64,000 nucleotides of DNA from the IMG/VR virus record IMGVR_UViG_3300042731_009106, positions 1 through 64,000 of that record. One strand, given 5' to 3'. The number at the start of each line of letters is the position of its first letter. Within the stretch, counting starts at the first letter, position 1. This document shows positions 1-9,894 of this stretch, one piece after another. The notes below the pieces were generated by a model. That model had not been told where the DNA came from. It searched no databases and was given only the letters and a program-made list of their open reading frames with translations. Origin of the DNA: a virus. A program made the position numbers and the translations under genes.

Positions 1-2
1 AA

Positions 3-680
3 ACACAAACACAAACAGTTACCCCATCTCACACCGAAACTCAAACTGTTACTCCATCGGTATCACAAACGCAAACAGTTACTCCATCGGTTACTCCATC
101 ATTAACAAACACTCCATCACACACACCAACGCCTACAGTAGGTCAGGATTGGGATGTTCAGGCACAATTATATACCGGAAGCTTAGCTGGTAATTATGCA
201 AACTCGACAATAGCAGAAAGTGAAGGTAATGGAGAAGTTGATGTGGTAGCTTCTAACTTTTTCTTTGAACAGTATGCTGATTATTATCCATATAGCTGGG
301 ATAGTCATGGATCATTTACTGGGTTCAGGGTTCATGGACCAACAAATACTAGCGATGTAGATGGTAATGCTGTTTTGACTAATTGGAATGCTAGTGACTC
401 TACTAATAAACTTCCTTACGAAATTACTTTTAGAGATGCAAATGGAAATTTAATTAATGATGTACAATTAACTGATTTTGCATTACTAGATTGCGGCTCC
501 ACGAGTATGTTTGGATGTACAAGTATGAATTCGTGGACAAGGGCTAGTGTCATAAGTAAAGCTGAGACTCAATCTAAACCTTTCCTGTTTTACGTAGGTC
601 TACAACAAGGTGGACAAACAAGATACCTAGGAGAACACTTTCCGAGGTCTAGTATAAGAATAACTGGAGTTTGGATGTAA
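3..680 (+). CDS. 5'-truncated virion-type protein: T/Q/P-rich stalk plus C-terminal domain of unknown function
   Basis: The frame from nt 3 is open (TQTQTVTPSHTETQTVTPSVSQTQ...) and runs into track ORF 243..680, so the GTG at 243 is not the real start. Confidence 0.8.
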   Translation, partial: TQTQTVTPSHTETQTVTPSVSQTQTVTPSVTPSLTNTPSHTPTPTVGQDWDVQAQLYTGSLAGNYANSTIAESEGNGEVDVVASNFFFEQYADYYPYSWDSHGSFTGFRVHGPTNTSDVDGNAVLTNWNASDSTNKLPYEITFRDANGNLINDVQLTDFALLDCGSTSMFGCTSMNSWTRASVISKAETQSKPFLFYVGLQQGGQTRYLGEHFPRSSIRITGVWM

Positions 681-744
681 AAAATTTTTCACATATATTT
701 TTATTTTGTGTATTTCTATTTAAACTATAATTTTTTTAAACAAC

Positions 745-2376
745 ATGAGTAATACTAACGTTAATCGATCTGCAAATTTAGCTCCGAGAAATCGAGTTAT
801 TTATCAAAGTGAAGCCTTGTTTATTTCGCCCGATACAACAGGCAACCATCTATATTACATGCCACCATCTGCTGTGACTGGAAGTACAAACCTAGTTGAC
901 TGTACAGTTTCTGGTTCAGATGAAGAGGGCAATGCCATGACATTCGATGCTTGCATGGGTACAGGTATAGATTCTTCTGGAGTAGGAAGAGACTTTAAAT
1001 TTTACACAGTTGCATGTACTGGTCACGATCAAACAGCTAAAAGTACAACAGGTATTCACCCAATTTTACATAAAGCTGGATTTGCCACGGTTGATGCTGA
1101 TAGTCCGGGGTTGGCATATATGGGATTTTCTACAGACAGAAAATCTGGTAGTTTTGGAACAACTCTTGAACAGTTAAAGAGAGTACAGAGTGCAAATTAT
1201 AGTTTCACAATTAATAGGCAAGATGTTAATCAATTTGGGCATCTCGCAAGAATCGACTCTGTTGTGCTTGAGTCTCCAACAGTTAGTATGGACTTTTCTT
1301 ATTACTTAACAGACGGAGAAAACGAAAGATTAATGGGAATGGTAACAGATGGATCCTATCAACATCTTTCTGGTATGATGACTCGTTCTCAAAATGAATT
1401 TGGTAATAGCTATTTTATACTAACCGTACCAGAAGGGCGTGACGCTCTTAAGGGCGATCAGCAAGTTGTTGAAGCTAATAAAACAGTTATTGGTGTTGGA
1501 AATTCTTATGTGACAGATTATTCTGTAGAAGCCAGTGTTGGATCTTTCCCAACCGCTTCTGTCACAGTAGAAGCAATGAACATCAAATCTGATGTAGGTA
1601 CTGAATACAAAACGATTCCCGCAATCGATCCACAAGATGGTTCATTGTTGTGTAATAAATGTTTTTACTTACCACCAGTAGAAAGCGGTCAAGGACAAAG
1701 TGTTCTGAAGCCCGGAGATATTACAATTGATCTTCAAGATGCTGGATTAATTTCAAGGCAGCTTTCTGGAAACACAGTTGGTTATAACCTTCCTTACGAC
1801 AAGGGTAGTGCCCACATTCAAAGCTTTACTTTGTCTACTCCAATGGGTAGGTCGGCTCTACAAAGACTTGGTAGCACATATGCATACTCCAAAGAAATAG
1901 ACTTCCCTGTTACATGTACATTAACAGTTAATGCTCTTGTAGCAGACTTAAAATCAGGAAACTTGGTTGACTTGATTTGTGGTGGAACATACGATCTTAA
2001 GGTGAGAATGCAAAATCCTTCATGTGTAGTATGTGAGCCTAATAAAGCTGAAGATGCTATCGTTATTGATTTCAGAAAAGCCGTACTTGACTCAGAAAGC
2101 TTCTCTTCTGCTATTGGAGACAACAAAACTGTTGACTTGACATTCTCTACTCAAGTAGGTGGTCCAGAAGAATCGGCAGTAGGTGTATTCTTTAGCGGCA
2201 TCGAAAATGCTAAAGGAGCAGACAATAAACACAAGTCTTTTCCTGAAATCGCAGACACTGGTGACGGAGCCTTAAAATTCTTCAGGTATGGAGCAGAAGG
2301 TACTACTGGATACTACAATGGTAGTCATCTGAGTGGATGGAATAGCGAAGTTAGACTTCACACGAAGAAACACTAG
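745..2376 (+). CDS. Putative major tail tube protein (543 aa)
   Basis: Beta-strand pattern typical of tube proteins (LKRVQSANYSFTINRQDVNQFG...TVSMDFSY; IQSFTLSTPMGRSALQRLGS...TCTLTVNA); structural-gene context; followed by a strong terminator. Confidence 0.6.
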   Translation: MSNTNVNRSANLAPRNRVIYQSEALFISPDTTGNHLYYMPPSAVTGSTNLVDCTVSGSDEEGNAMTFDACMGTGIDSSGVGRDFKFYTVACTGHDQTAKSTTGIHPILHKAGFATVDADSPGLAYMGFSTDRKSGSFGTTLEQLKRVQSANYSFTINRQDVNQFGHLARIDSVVLESPTVSMDFSYYLTDGENERLMGMVTDGSYQHLSGMMTRSQNEFGNSYFILTVPEGRDALKGDQQVVEANKTVIGVGNSYVTDYSVEASVGSFPTASVTVEAMNIKSDVGTEYKTIPAIDPQDGSLLCNKCFYLPPVESGQGQSVLKPGDITIDLQDAGLISRQLSGNTVGYNLPYDKGSAHIQSFTLSTPMGRSALQRLGSTYAYSKEIDFPVTCTLTVNALVADLKSGNLVDLICGGTYDLKVRMQNPSCVVCEPNKAEDAIVIDFRKAVLDSESFSSAIGDNKTVDLTFSTQVGGPEESAVGVFFSGIENAKGADNKHKSFPEIADTGDGALKFFRYGAEGTTGYYNGSHLSGWNSEVRLHTKKH

Positions 2377-2403
2377 AAAAAAGCTTCTTTAAAAGTTAAC
2401 ATT

Positions 2404-2440
2404 TTACACCACAATCTTCGGGTTGTGGTGTAATTGTTTT
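2404..2440 (+). terminator. Intrinsic terminator with cUUCGg tetraloop
   Basis: TTACACCACAATC-TTCG-GGTTGTGGTGTAA: 13-bp stem with one G.U pair, followed by TTGTTTT, just after the tube gene. Confidence 0.8.
2428..2433 (+). promoter_or_regulatory. GTGTAW motif (candidate phage promoter) inside the terminator 3' arm
   Basis: GTGTAA; 15 nt between GTGTA and ATG 2448. Confidence 0.45.
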
Positions 2441-2447
2441 ATAAGGT

Positions 2448-4721
2448 ATGAGGAAGTTTTTTAGACATGAGCATGGAGCTCTATGGGTTGGTCCAGCACC
2501 AGCATACAGGCATCACAGAGATGAGGATCGCTCGTACCTTAGACAGCTAGCTAAAGTTCAATCAATTTCTTATGGATTTGAAGTCAATAGAGAAGAAATT
2601 AAACAAGTAGGGCATGAAGATCTATTAACAAGAAGAATTAATATTATTTCCGCAGAGCCTGCTCCGGGTAGTAATATTGATGTGAATCTAGAACCAGTAC
2701 CGGTTAGTTTTGAGTTTGAATATTTACCGACATGTGGATTAAATGAATATTTATTAGGTTTTAATGTCGTCCCATCTGGGTATCCAGCAGAAAATTCTTT
2801 CATAAGTAGATTAAATGCTGATAAAAACTTTTTCCTAGTACTCAGAGATGAAGCTGGAAAAGATGCGGGTAAATTACTAACTGATGATGACTATAAGGGT
2901 CATTTTGTAATGGGTATAGGAAATGGGTTTGTGACAAAATATGCAGTCAATGCACAGATTAATTCTCCGATGATTGCTAATGTAGCATATCAAGCATCAA
3001 ATATTACGGTTGAAAGATACACAGGTTACAATAATATTCCGGCTATACATTTATACGATGGAAAATATAAAAGAGAATATGATTATAATTTTGGCCCAGT
3101 AGACTTTGCTAATGAGTATGCTAATTCAGCGGTGCTAAGTAATAATATAGATTTAAAAATTGAAGAACTTAATGTGGGTGGGGCAGTTGTTTCTAAAGAG
3201 AATGCTAATGCTGTGGGTTTTTCTTTAGATATAGACCTGCAGAGAAGAAATTTATACGGAATGGGGTCACTCTACCCTTACGATAGAAAACTAAATTTGC
3301 CGGGAAGAGGAGCTTTAAGTTTAAATATAAATAAAAAAGATTTAGAAACTGGAAATTTAAATCAAATACTAAAACACGACAAGCCCTATAAGATATATAT
3401 AGAGTGCCATTCTGAATGCCCAGCTAATGCCGCTTTGTGTGAACCTCAAAGTAAGCCACATATATTAACTTATGTTATTGACAATGCGGTTCTTAAAAAT
3501 AAAAATTCTTCTTTTTCTATAGGTGATCCAGCTACAGTAAGTTTGGCTTTTGATTTTACATTGACCAGAAGTAATGGATTTTTGATGAGCGGTGGGTGTA
3601 TTGATGCAGAAGACATACCCGGATCAAATTCACCATACCCTCAACCTTGTTCTTCTTCCGATGAGGACACTAGTGAATGTGATCCACCATACATTATTCC
3701 ATCAATGACCCCAACCCCAACGGTCACTAGAACTCAAACAAAAACACCTAGAGCTACCCCCACTCAAACACGAACAAACACACCCACAAGAACTCAAACA
3801 AGAACTCAGACACAAACGATTACTCAAACAGCTACAGAAACACCAACGCAAACACAAACTGTAACGCAAACCGCAACACCGACACAAACCCAAACCTTAA
3901 CAAGTACTCCCACTCAAACTCAGACACAAACCGCAACACCAACTCAGACACAAACTGTAACGCAAACAATAACACAAACGCAGACACAAACTTTAACACA
4001 AACACCAACAGTCACAAAAACTTTAACACAAACTCAAACACCTACACAAACTGTAACTCAAACTCAAACACCCACGCAAACTGTAACTCAAACACAAACA
4101 CAAACCCCTACAGTAACACCAACTATCACACAAACACAGACACAGACGCAGACTCAAACTGTAACCCAAACACAAACGGTAACACAAACACAAACGCAGA
4201 CTCAGACACAAACACAAACGGTAACACAAACACCCACTCAGACAGTTACTCAAACTGCCACACAAACACCAACGGTTACACCTACAATTACTCAAACCGT
4301 AACAAGGAGTCCAGATCCATTTGAGTACCCAGTAGCAAAGGTAGATCAATTCTTAAGATTCCAGTTTGCCTCAACGTATGTAGTTGAAGGAGATGACGCC
4401 AATGTTACAGTTTACAGGGATATAAGCTGTGGGCCAACATTAAGCAATTATCCAGCTTTATCTGTTGATTATACAACTGAAGATGCTGGAAATAGCGCTA
4501 TTGCTGGAACAGATTATGTAAGTGGAGCTGGAACACTAACTTTTGCAGTTAATGAAATGCAAAAAGATATAACTGTAAGTACTCTACCTAGTCCCGGAGT
4601 TAGCAATGGAGAGCATGATGAATTTTTCTGGTTAAGATTAACTGGAGGAGCAAGTACTTTAGCGAATGTTAAATTTACTGGAGTTAACCCTTATGCTGTA
4701 ATCATATTAGATCCTTCTTAA
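2448..4721 (+). CDS. Tail-tube paralog fused to a T/Q mucin-like stalk and a C-terminal Calx-beta domain (757 aa)
   Basis: N-terminal ~390 aa align by eye with 745..2376; ~200-aa TQ/TP repeat; Calx-beta motif AIAGTDY..GTLTFAVNEMQKDITV...EHDEFFWLRL. Confidence 0.75.
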   Translation: MRKFFRHEHGALWVGPAPAYRHHRDEDRSYLRQLAKVQSISYGFEVNREEIKQVGHEDLLTRRINIISAEPAPGSNIDVNLEPVPVSFEFEYLPTCGLNEYLLGFNVVPSGYPAENSFISRLNADKNFFLVLRDEAGKDAGKLLTDDDYKGHFVMGIGNGFVTKYAVNAQINSPMIANVAYQASNITVERYTGYNNIPAIHLYDGKYKREYDYNFGPVDFANEYANSAVLSNNIDLKIEELNVGGAVVSKENANAVGFSLDIDLQRRNLYGMGSLYPYDRKLNLPGRGALSLNINKKDLETGNLNQILKHDKPYKIYIECHSECPANAALCEPQSKPHILTYVIDNAVLKNKNSSFSIGDPATVSLAFDFTLTRSNGFLMSGGCIDAEDIPGSNSPYPQPCSSSDEDTSECDPPYIIPSMTPTPTVTRTQTKTPRATPTQTRTNTPTRTQTRTQTQTITQTATETPTQTQTVTQTATPTQTQTLTSTPTQTQTQTATPTQTQTVTQTITQTQTQTLTQTPTVTKTLTQTQTPTQTVTQTQTPTQTVTQTQTQTPTVTPTITQTQTQTQTQTVTQTQTVTQTQTQTQTQTQTVTQTPTQTVTQTATQTPTVTPTITQTVTRSPDPFEYPVAKVDQFLRFQFASTYVVEGDDANVTVYRDISCGPTLSNYPALSVDYTTEDAGNSAIAGTDYVSGAGTLTFAVNEMQKDITVSTLPSPGVSNGEHDEFFWLRLTGGASTLANVKFTGVNPYAVIILDPS
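3708..4303 (+). repeat. In-frame Thr/Gln/Pro low-complexity repeat (ACN-CAR units)
   Basis: TQTQTVTQTPT-type repeats inside 2448..4721. Confidence 0.95.
4056..4138 (+). repeat. 83-bp exact direct repeat, copy 1
   Basis: Identical to 5380..5462 by base-by-base reading. Confidence 0.85.
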
Positions 4722-4722
4722 A

Positions 4723-6279
4723 ATGCCACCTATTCCGACAGCAACACCAACCCCAATCACAGGTGCATGCTGTGCTGAATTCCCTGTGGTTGATGGTTTC
4801 GCATCGTACCCAATTTCATTTAGAATAGATGCATACGATGCTTTGCAGGTAAAAAAAAATCTTAAATACAATGTATATTTAGATGATGGAACAGTCTTGA
4901 GGGATCAAGATTTAAAATGGGATAAGGATGGATATGTTTTTGACTTGAACCACACTTACGCTTATACAGGAATATATAGTTGTTATTTAGTTGTTAATAA
5001 CTTAGATTCAAAAAGAAGTGATTGTGCTCATTTTAATGCTCACATAATAACCCCAACACAAACACCTACAACCACCGCATCCCCAACAGCAACGATAACT
5101 CAAACAGCGACGCCAACTCAAACCTTAACTCAAACCCCTACAGTTACACAAACATCAACTGAAACTCCCACAGTTACGCAAACAGCAACAGCAACGCTTA
5201 CACAAACTCAGACACCTACTCAGACGGTTACTCAAACCCTCACACAAACACCAACCATTACGCCAACGATAACCCAAACCCAAACACAGACTCAGACACA
5301 GACTCAAACTGTCACTCAAACACAAACGGTAACACAAACCGCAACACAAACTTTAACGCAAACCCCAACCGTTACCCAGACTCAAACTCAAACACCCACG
5401 CAAACTGTAACTCAAACACAAACACAAACCCCTACAGTAACACCAACTATCACACAAACACAAACTCAGACGCAGACTCAAACTGTCACACAGACCCTAA
5501 CCCAAACACCTACGGTCACTCAAACTCAGACCCAAACTCAAACCCAGACTCAGACTCAGACACAAACACAAACAGTAACACAGACGCCAACAATCACACA
5601 AACTTTAACACAAACCCCAACAATCACACAAACTCAAACACCCACCCAACCAATAACACAAACTGCATCTCAGACAGTAACTCCTAGCCCGATGGTTGAT
5701 TATTTAAACATAAGGTTTCAATACTATTCAACTTACGTAGTTGAAGGTGATGCTACTGGAGTGAGGGTGTACAGAGAACCTAATTGCTATTGTGACTATG
5801 ATTATACTGGAGCTTTTTCAGTAGAATACGAAACCCAAAGTCATCCCCGTTCAGCACAGACAGGAACAGACTATACATATACTACTGGAATTTTAGAGTT
5901 TAAAGAAAATCAACACATGAATATCATTCACGTTAACACTTTGGATGATTATGTGATGGAGCATTCTGAGTTTTTTGAAATACATCTTTCAAATATTAGA
6001 CCATCAGGAACAATAACTCAACCTAAACAATTCGTAGAATCAAAAATATTATACAAACACCCCTACCAAGTATTGATTTTAGATGACGATTATAATGTAT
6101 CCTTGATAGCTAAATACGACTTATGTACAACTGGGGACTTGACTGGAGTCGACGATTCTGCAATAGGAAATCAAAGAATGCAAAAGATACCTAACTCATC
6201 ATGGGGAACCGGATATGTGTCAACAGGACTAGCATACTTAGGAGGACCATTTACTTATGGACAAACAGGACTTTTTTAA
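4723..6279 (+). CDS. PKD-like domain, T/Q stalk and Calx-beta domain protein (518 aa)
   Basis: YLDDGT...NHTYAYTGIYSCYLVVNN (PKD-like); long TQ repeat; AQTGTDYTYTTGILEFKENQHMNIIHVNTLDDYVMEHSEFFEIHLSN (Calx-beta). Confidence 0.75.
   Translation: MPPIPTATPTPITGACCAEFPVVDGFASYPISFRIDAYDALQVKKNLKYNVYLDDGTVLRDQDLKWDKDGYVFDLNHTYAYTGIYSCYLVVNNLDSKRSDCAHFNAHIITPTQTPTTTASPTATITQTATPTQTLTQTPTVTQTSTETPTVTQTATATLTQTQTPTQTVTQTLTQTPTITPTITQTQTQTQTQTQTVTQTQTVTQTATQTLTQTPTVTQTQTQTPTQTVTQTQTQTPTVTPTITQTQTQTQTQTVTQTLTQTPTVTQTQTQTQTQTQTQTQTQTVTQTPTITQTLTQTPTITQTQTPTQPITQTASQTVTPSPMVDYLNIRFQYYSTYVVEGDATGVRVYREPNCYCDYDYTGAFSVEYETQSHPRSAQTGTDYTYTTGILEFKENQHMNIIHVNTLDDYVMEHSEFFEIHLSNIRPSGTITQPKQFVESKILYKHPYQVLILDDDYNVSLIAKYDLCTTGDLTGVDDSAIGNQRMQKIPNSSWGTGYVSTGLAYLGGPFTYGQTGLF
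5050..5688 (+). repeat. In-frame Thr/Gln/Pro low-complexity repeat
   Basis: TQ/TP repeats inside 4723..6279. Confidence 0.95.
5380..5462 (+). repeat. 83-bp exact direct repeat, copy 2
   Basis: Identical to 4056..4138. Confidence 0.85.
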
Positions 6280-6298
6280 AAACCCAAGATTAAATATA

Positions 6299-6304
6299 GT
6301 GTAA
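6299..6304 (+). promoter_or_regulatory. GTGTAW motif
   Basis: GTGTAA; 9 nt between GTGTA and ATG 6313. Confidence 0.65.
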
Positions 6305-6312
6305 TATAGAAT

Positions 6313-8406
6313 ATGTCAACAGAATTTCCAGACTCAATTTATGTTCCAACTGGAACTGCTTTCGGTAAAGATTTTATACAGTACCAAGGATATTGTTATA
6401 AAAAAGTTTCTTCTAATGTTGTGGTCAGCGATCAAACCATTAGATCTGATATTTTTGGAGATTATGAAAACTGTGTTGATTGTAACACATGTGCATGTCC
6501 AAAAACAATAAATTTTATCGTAGGAGGTTTCCAGTACTCAGGAACAAATATAACATACAGAGAGCAGACAATTCCTATTACAACATCCTCTACTGGCTGG
6601 CAAGAGATAGCTATAGAGTCTGGATACTTAAATGACAATAATCCAAACATAAACTTTAAACCAGTTCAAGTCAGATGTTACGACAGAAAAATAGATATGC
6701 AATCAGGTATATATATTTCTTTTGATGACAGAAATGCAGAGATCGCGCACTTTAATTATGTTACAGGTCAAGACCTTTACGAAAGAGAGGACTTATTTTA
6801 TCATGCATCCACTGGGGGATATGGAGACTTACCATACTGGGGATACAAAAACCAATATGACAAAATTGGGGTAGCAAATAAAGTAAATACAATAAAATTT
6901 AAATCATTATGCGAAACTCAATGTGATACTCAAGATATAACATTTAGAATTAGAGGAGAAATATCAGAAAGTTTGAGTTATTTAAACTTGGGCGCAAGTT
7001 ATGATAATATCACATCCTCTTGGGTTTATGCAACGTGTACCGGTATTCCAAATACTCCCGGACAAATTATTGAATGCATACCAAGTGGTTCTGGAATTAA
7101 TTTTACAGACTATTTTACACAAGGATATACTGGTTATGCTGGAAATGTAGCAGATCAACAAGTAGCAAGAAACAATGAATTATACGTAGTTCAATTCGCA
7201 CCAACATCAATAGAGTTGGTTAATAAAGATTTGTTGGATGGAAATGCAGGCACATTAAATGCAAAACATTATTCAATCACGGGTAATAAACATTTTACTG
7301 ACTATGCTTTTGATTCATTAAGTTTTAGCTATAATAATACAACATTTAATGCAGTAGATCCTAATAACTATTTTTATTATGCAAGAGATGGATTACTATC
7401 TGACTTTAATTTTGCAGAAACCATAGGAAAGCCATACGGAATAGATTACAACAAAGCTCCAAACTGCATGCAAGAAGCTGTAACAAGTGGAGACTTTAAT
7501 ACCTTCTATAGACACTTGGGTGGAAATAGGAGGGCGGAGCAAGGTTTTGCAAATAATCCACCAGATATAGGTGATATATATTCTGGTTGCTATCAAACCA
7601 GTGAATTTGCTGATGGGATATTTAAAAATGGCACATATGTTCCAATGTATTTCACAGGAACATTAACAGGGAATTCTACCGAATATATATCATTTATTAA
7701 TGATGAAGAATTGAGCCCCCCAAATAGATGGGAAACTGGAGTTTTTGTATACCAATGGTATAAGAGTGGAGATAGATCTAATGCGAACGAAAACATCACT
7801 GGCTTTTTTGGATTTCTAACTGGAAAATATAAAAACCCTCACTTGCATAACTATTATAAAAAATTATTAGACAACCATGCACCAGTAAACTTAGGAACCC
7901 CACTCAAGGTTTGGGATGTACGTTCTGGCAATTATCCATTATTTGATGCAAATAAAATTGATACAACTTTTATCTTAAATTTCAATAACAACTTGGCTTA
8001 CCAATACGCTTTTAAAACTTCGCCAAATGGAGTAAGACATTCCGGTGATTTAAGTAAGGTATATCAAACTCAAACAGGAGTAACGGTTACAACTACTACA
8101 GTAGGAACATATACATATACCACCACCACCACAAGCACTACAGAGCATAATGCTTATGATAATTACAACTTTCAAGCTTTAGGTGGAAAATCGATGATGG
8201 AATATTTAAATGAACCACTGTATCCTACAAACACTTTTGTAAGGCCAGTAGACATAGATGAATTGTTCCCAGTTACAGACTCAGGGAACCCTCTACATAA
8301 TCCATTAGCTTCGCCAATTCAATACACAAAAGAAATCAATGTAGATGCTATTGAGTTAAGAGAGTTAAAAAGTATAAAATTTCAATTAAGCTGGAAAAAT
8401 GAATAA
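6313..8406 (+). CDS. Hypothetical protein, probably virion-associated (697 aa)
   Basis: Long ORF rich in Gly/Asn/Tyr/Thr; CxxCxxCxC motif near the N-terminus; short Thr-rich tract; structural context. Confidence 0.75.
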   Translation: MSTEFPDSIYVPTGTAFGKDFIQYQGYCYKKVSSNVVVSDQTIRSDIFGDYENCVDCNTCACPKTINFIVGGFQYSGTNITYREQTIPITTSSTGWQEIAIESGYLNDNNPNINFKPVQVRCYDRKIDMQSGIYISFDDRNAEIAHFNYVTGQDLYEREDLFYHASTGGYGDLPYWGYKNQYDKIGVANKVNTIKFKSLCETQCDTQDITFRIRGEISESLSYLNLGASYDNITSSWVYATCTGIPNTPGQIIECIPSGSGINFTDYFTQGYTGYAGNVADQQVARNNELYVVQFAPTSIELVNKDLLDGNAGTLNAKHYSITGNKHFTDYAFDSLSFSYNNTTFNAVDPNNYFYYARDGLLSDFNFAETIGKPYGIDYNKAPNCMQEAVTSGDFNTFYRHLGGNRRAEQGFANNPPDIGDIYSGCYQTSEFADGIFKNGTYVPMYFTGTLTGNSTEYISFINDEELSPPNRWETGVFVYQWYKSGDRSNANENITGFFGFLTGKYKNPHLHNYYKKLLDNHAPVNLGTPLKVWDVRSGNYPLFDANKIDTTFILNFNNNLAYQYAFKTSPNGVRHSGDLSKVYQTQTGVTVTTTTVGTYTYTTTTTSTTEHNAYDNYNFQALGGKSMMEYLNEPLYPTNTFVRPVDIDELFPVTDSGNPLHNPLASPIQYTKEINVDAIELRELKSIKFQLSWKNE

Positions 8407-9892
8407 TAATCAAATATATATATTTTCACAAAACTTCAATGGTACAGTTGACAATGTAGAGTGTGAAGGTGGATATACTTTAGAAAAATTTTCACAAATA
8501 GGAAGTAGTTACGAACCTTATTCTTTTGTTATGAGGAAGAGTGTCTTATCTTCAGCGGGCAATAAGTTTCACATATACTTAATAAGCAAAAAGAAAAATG
8601 AAGATAAGCTAGTTTTATTAAGGAATGGGGTTAGGGGTTTAGAGACACTAGCTGAAGCTTCAACTAGCTATGGAGACTTTGATGTTCATTTACCGGAAAA
8701 CTGGGTAAACAGTAGCTCAGAGGCAGTAGAAATTGAAATTAACGATAAATACTATCACTCCAGAATGTGGCAAGAAGGTCCAGTACTAAGCGAATACAAA
8801 GTTACTAATGATGTTGCTGTAATTTACAAAAATAATATTTCCTTCGCCCAGTCATTAGGATTAAAAGATCAATCTGGCTGGGATTTTATATTTGGTGAAG
8901 AGGGGGAATTTTTATATTATATAGATTATTCTAACGATGGTGTTATTAATCCAGATTTTATATTTAAAGAAGATGGTCCCGCTTTTGAGGTATCAAAAGA
9001 AATAGCATTAGATTTAATTAAATCTATTAAACCTAAGTTTGAATTTTCTGATGTTCCTGTTATAAAATTTAAGAAAAATGTAGAGACAGATTCACAAGCT
9101 TCTTTTACAGATAAAATATATAATCATTTTCAGATAAACCAAGATACAGTTAATGCTGATAGTGATTACCAATTTGGTGATTTAAATTGGTTTAATAACG
9201 AAAGTTATACTTTGCCAAGTTTTCCTGAAAATAGTTTGTACGACAATCAAGAATCTTCATTTGATTCTTTTTTAGGTTCTCCTCCTGTGCGTGATGAAAT
9301 ATTAGACTTTGAAGCAGATCCTGATTTGAATTTATTCCCAATAGTTGGGACCTATCTAAAAAGATATGATTCAGAAGGATGTTTATACAATAGAGATTTA
9401 TATATAATAGATGAAAATAAATATGCAATAGATGACTGGAATAATTCTGGCAGAAAATTAGATAACTATTTTACTTTAAATTCATTTCTGTATAACACAA
9501 TAGAATTAATTAAAAAATTTAAAGATGAAGATGTAATTAAAGGTTCTGAGTTTGATCAGTTTATGAAATTAAAAACTGGAACAGAAAATTACTTAAACTT
9601 AAGAAATTTATCTGATTATTTTAATTGTTTTTTTGATCCTTATATTTTATATTCTGAAAACTGTAATGTCATTCAAAGAAAATTTCATTACTTTGGGGCT
9701 GGAAGCATATTGGTTGAGTGGACTTTGAACCACGGTAATACATTAGAAGCCGGAAAAGTTTTTGATCCAGCATTAAGGAGAATATATTACTTTAACGAAA
9801 CATTTAGTTATAATGGTGAGGAATATTCAGTGGTAGAGTTTTTTCCATTTCAAGATTTTGGTATGCTGCCAATAGATGTAGCTAGATCATAA
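8399..9892 (+). CDS. Hypothetical protein (497 aa)
   Basis: Long ORF overlapping the upstream stop; contains DYSNDGVINPD (Ca-loop-like). Confidence 0.75.
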   Translation: MNNNQIYIFSQNFNGTVDNVECEGGYTLEKFSQIGSSYEPYSFVMRKSVLSSAGNKFHIYLISKKKNEDKLVLLRNGVRGLETLAEASTSYGDFDVHLPENWVNSSSEAVEIEINDKYYHSRMWQEGPVLSEYKVTNDVAVIYKNNISFAQSLGLKDQSGWDFIFGEEGEFLYYIDYSNDGVINPDFIFKEDGPAFEVSKEIALDLIKSIKPKFEFSDVPVIKFKKNVETDSQASFTDKIYNHFQINQDTVNADSDYQFGDLNWFNNESYTLPSFPENSLYDNQESSFDSFLGSPPVRDEILDFEADPDLNLFPIVGTYLKRYDSEGCLYNRDLYIIDENKYAIDDWNNSGRKLDNYFTLNSFLYNTIELIKKFKDEDVIKGSEFDQFMKLKTGTENYLNLRNLSDYFNCFFDPYILYSENCNVIQRKFHYFGAGSILVEWTLNHGNTLEAGKVFDPALRRIYYFNETFSYNGEEYSVVEFFPFQDFGMLPIDVARS

Positions 9893-9894
9893 TT

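Noticed and set aside
243-245. GTG start at 243
   Set aside because: The frame is open back to the window edge, so the gene is 5'-truncated
3702-5349. Cys/Leu-rich minus-strand ORFs (3702, 4023, 5155) and similar shadows at 11672-12305
   Set aside because: They are reverse-complement or alternate-frame shadows of the TQ codon repeats, which lack stop codons
3708-5688. Repeats as a CRISPR array or non-coding satellite
   Set aside because: No constant repeat with unique spacers; the repeats are in frame, vary at wobble positions, and no cas genes are present
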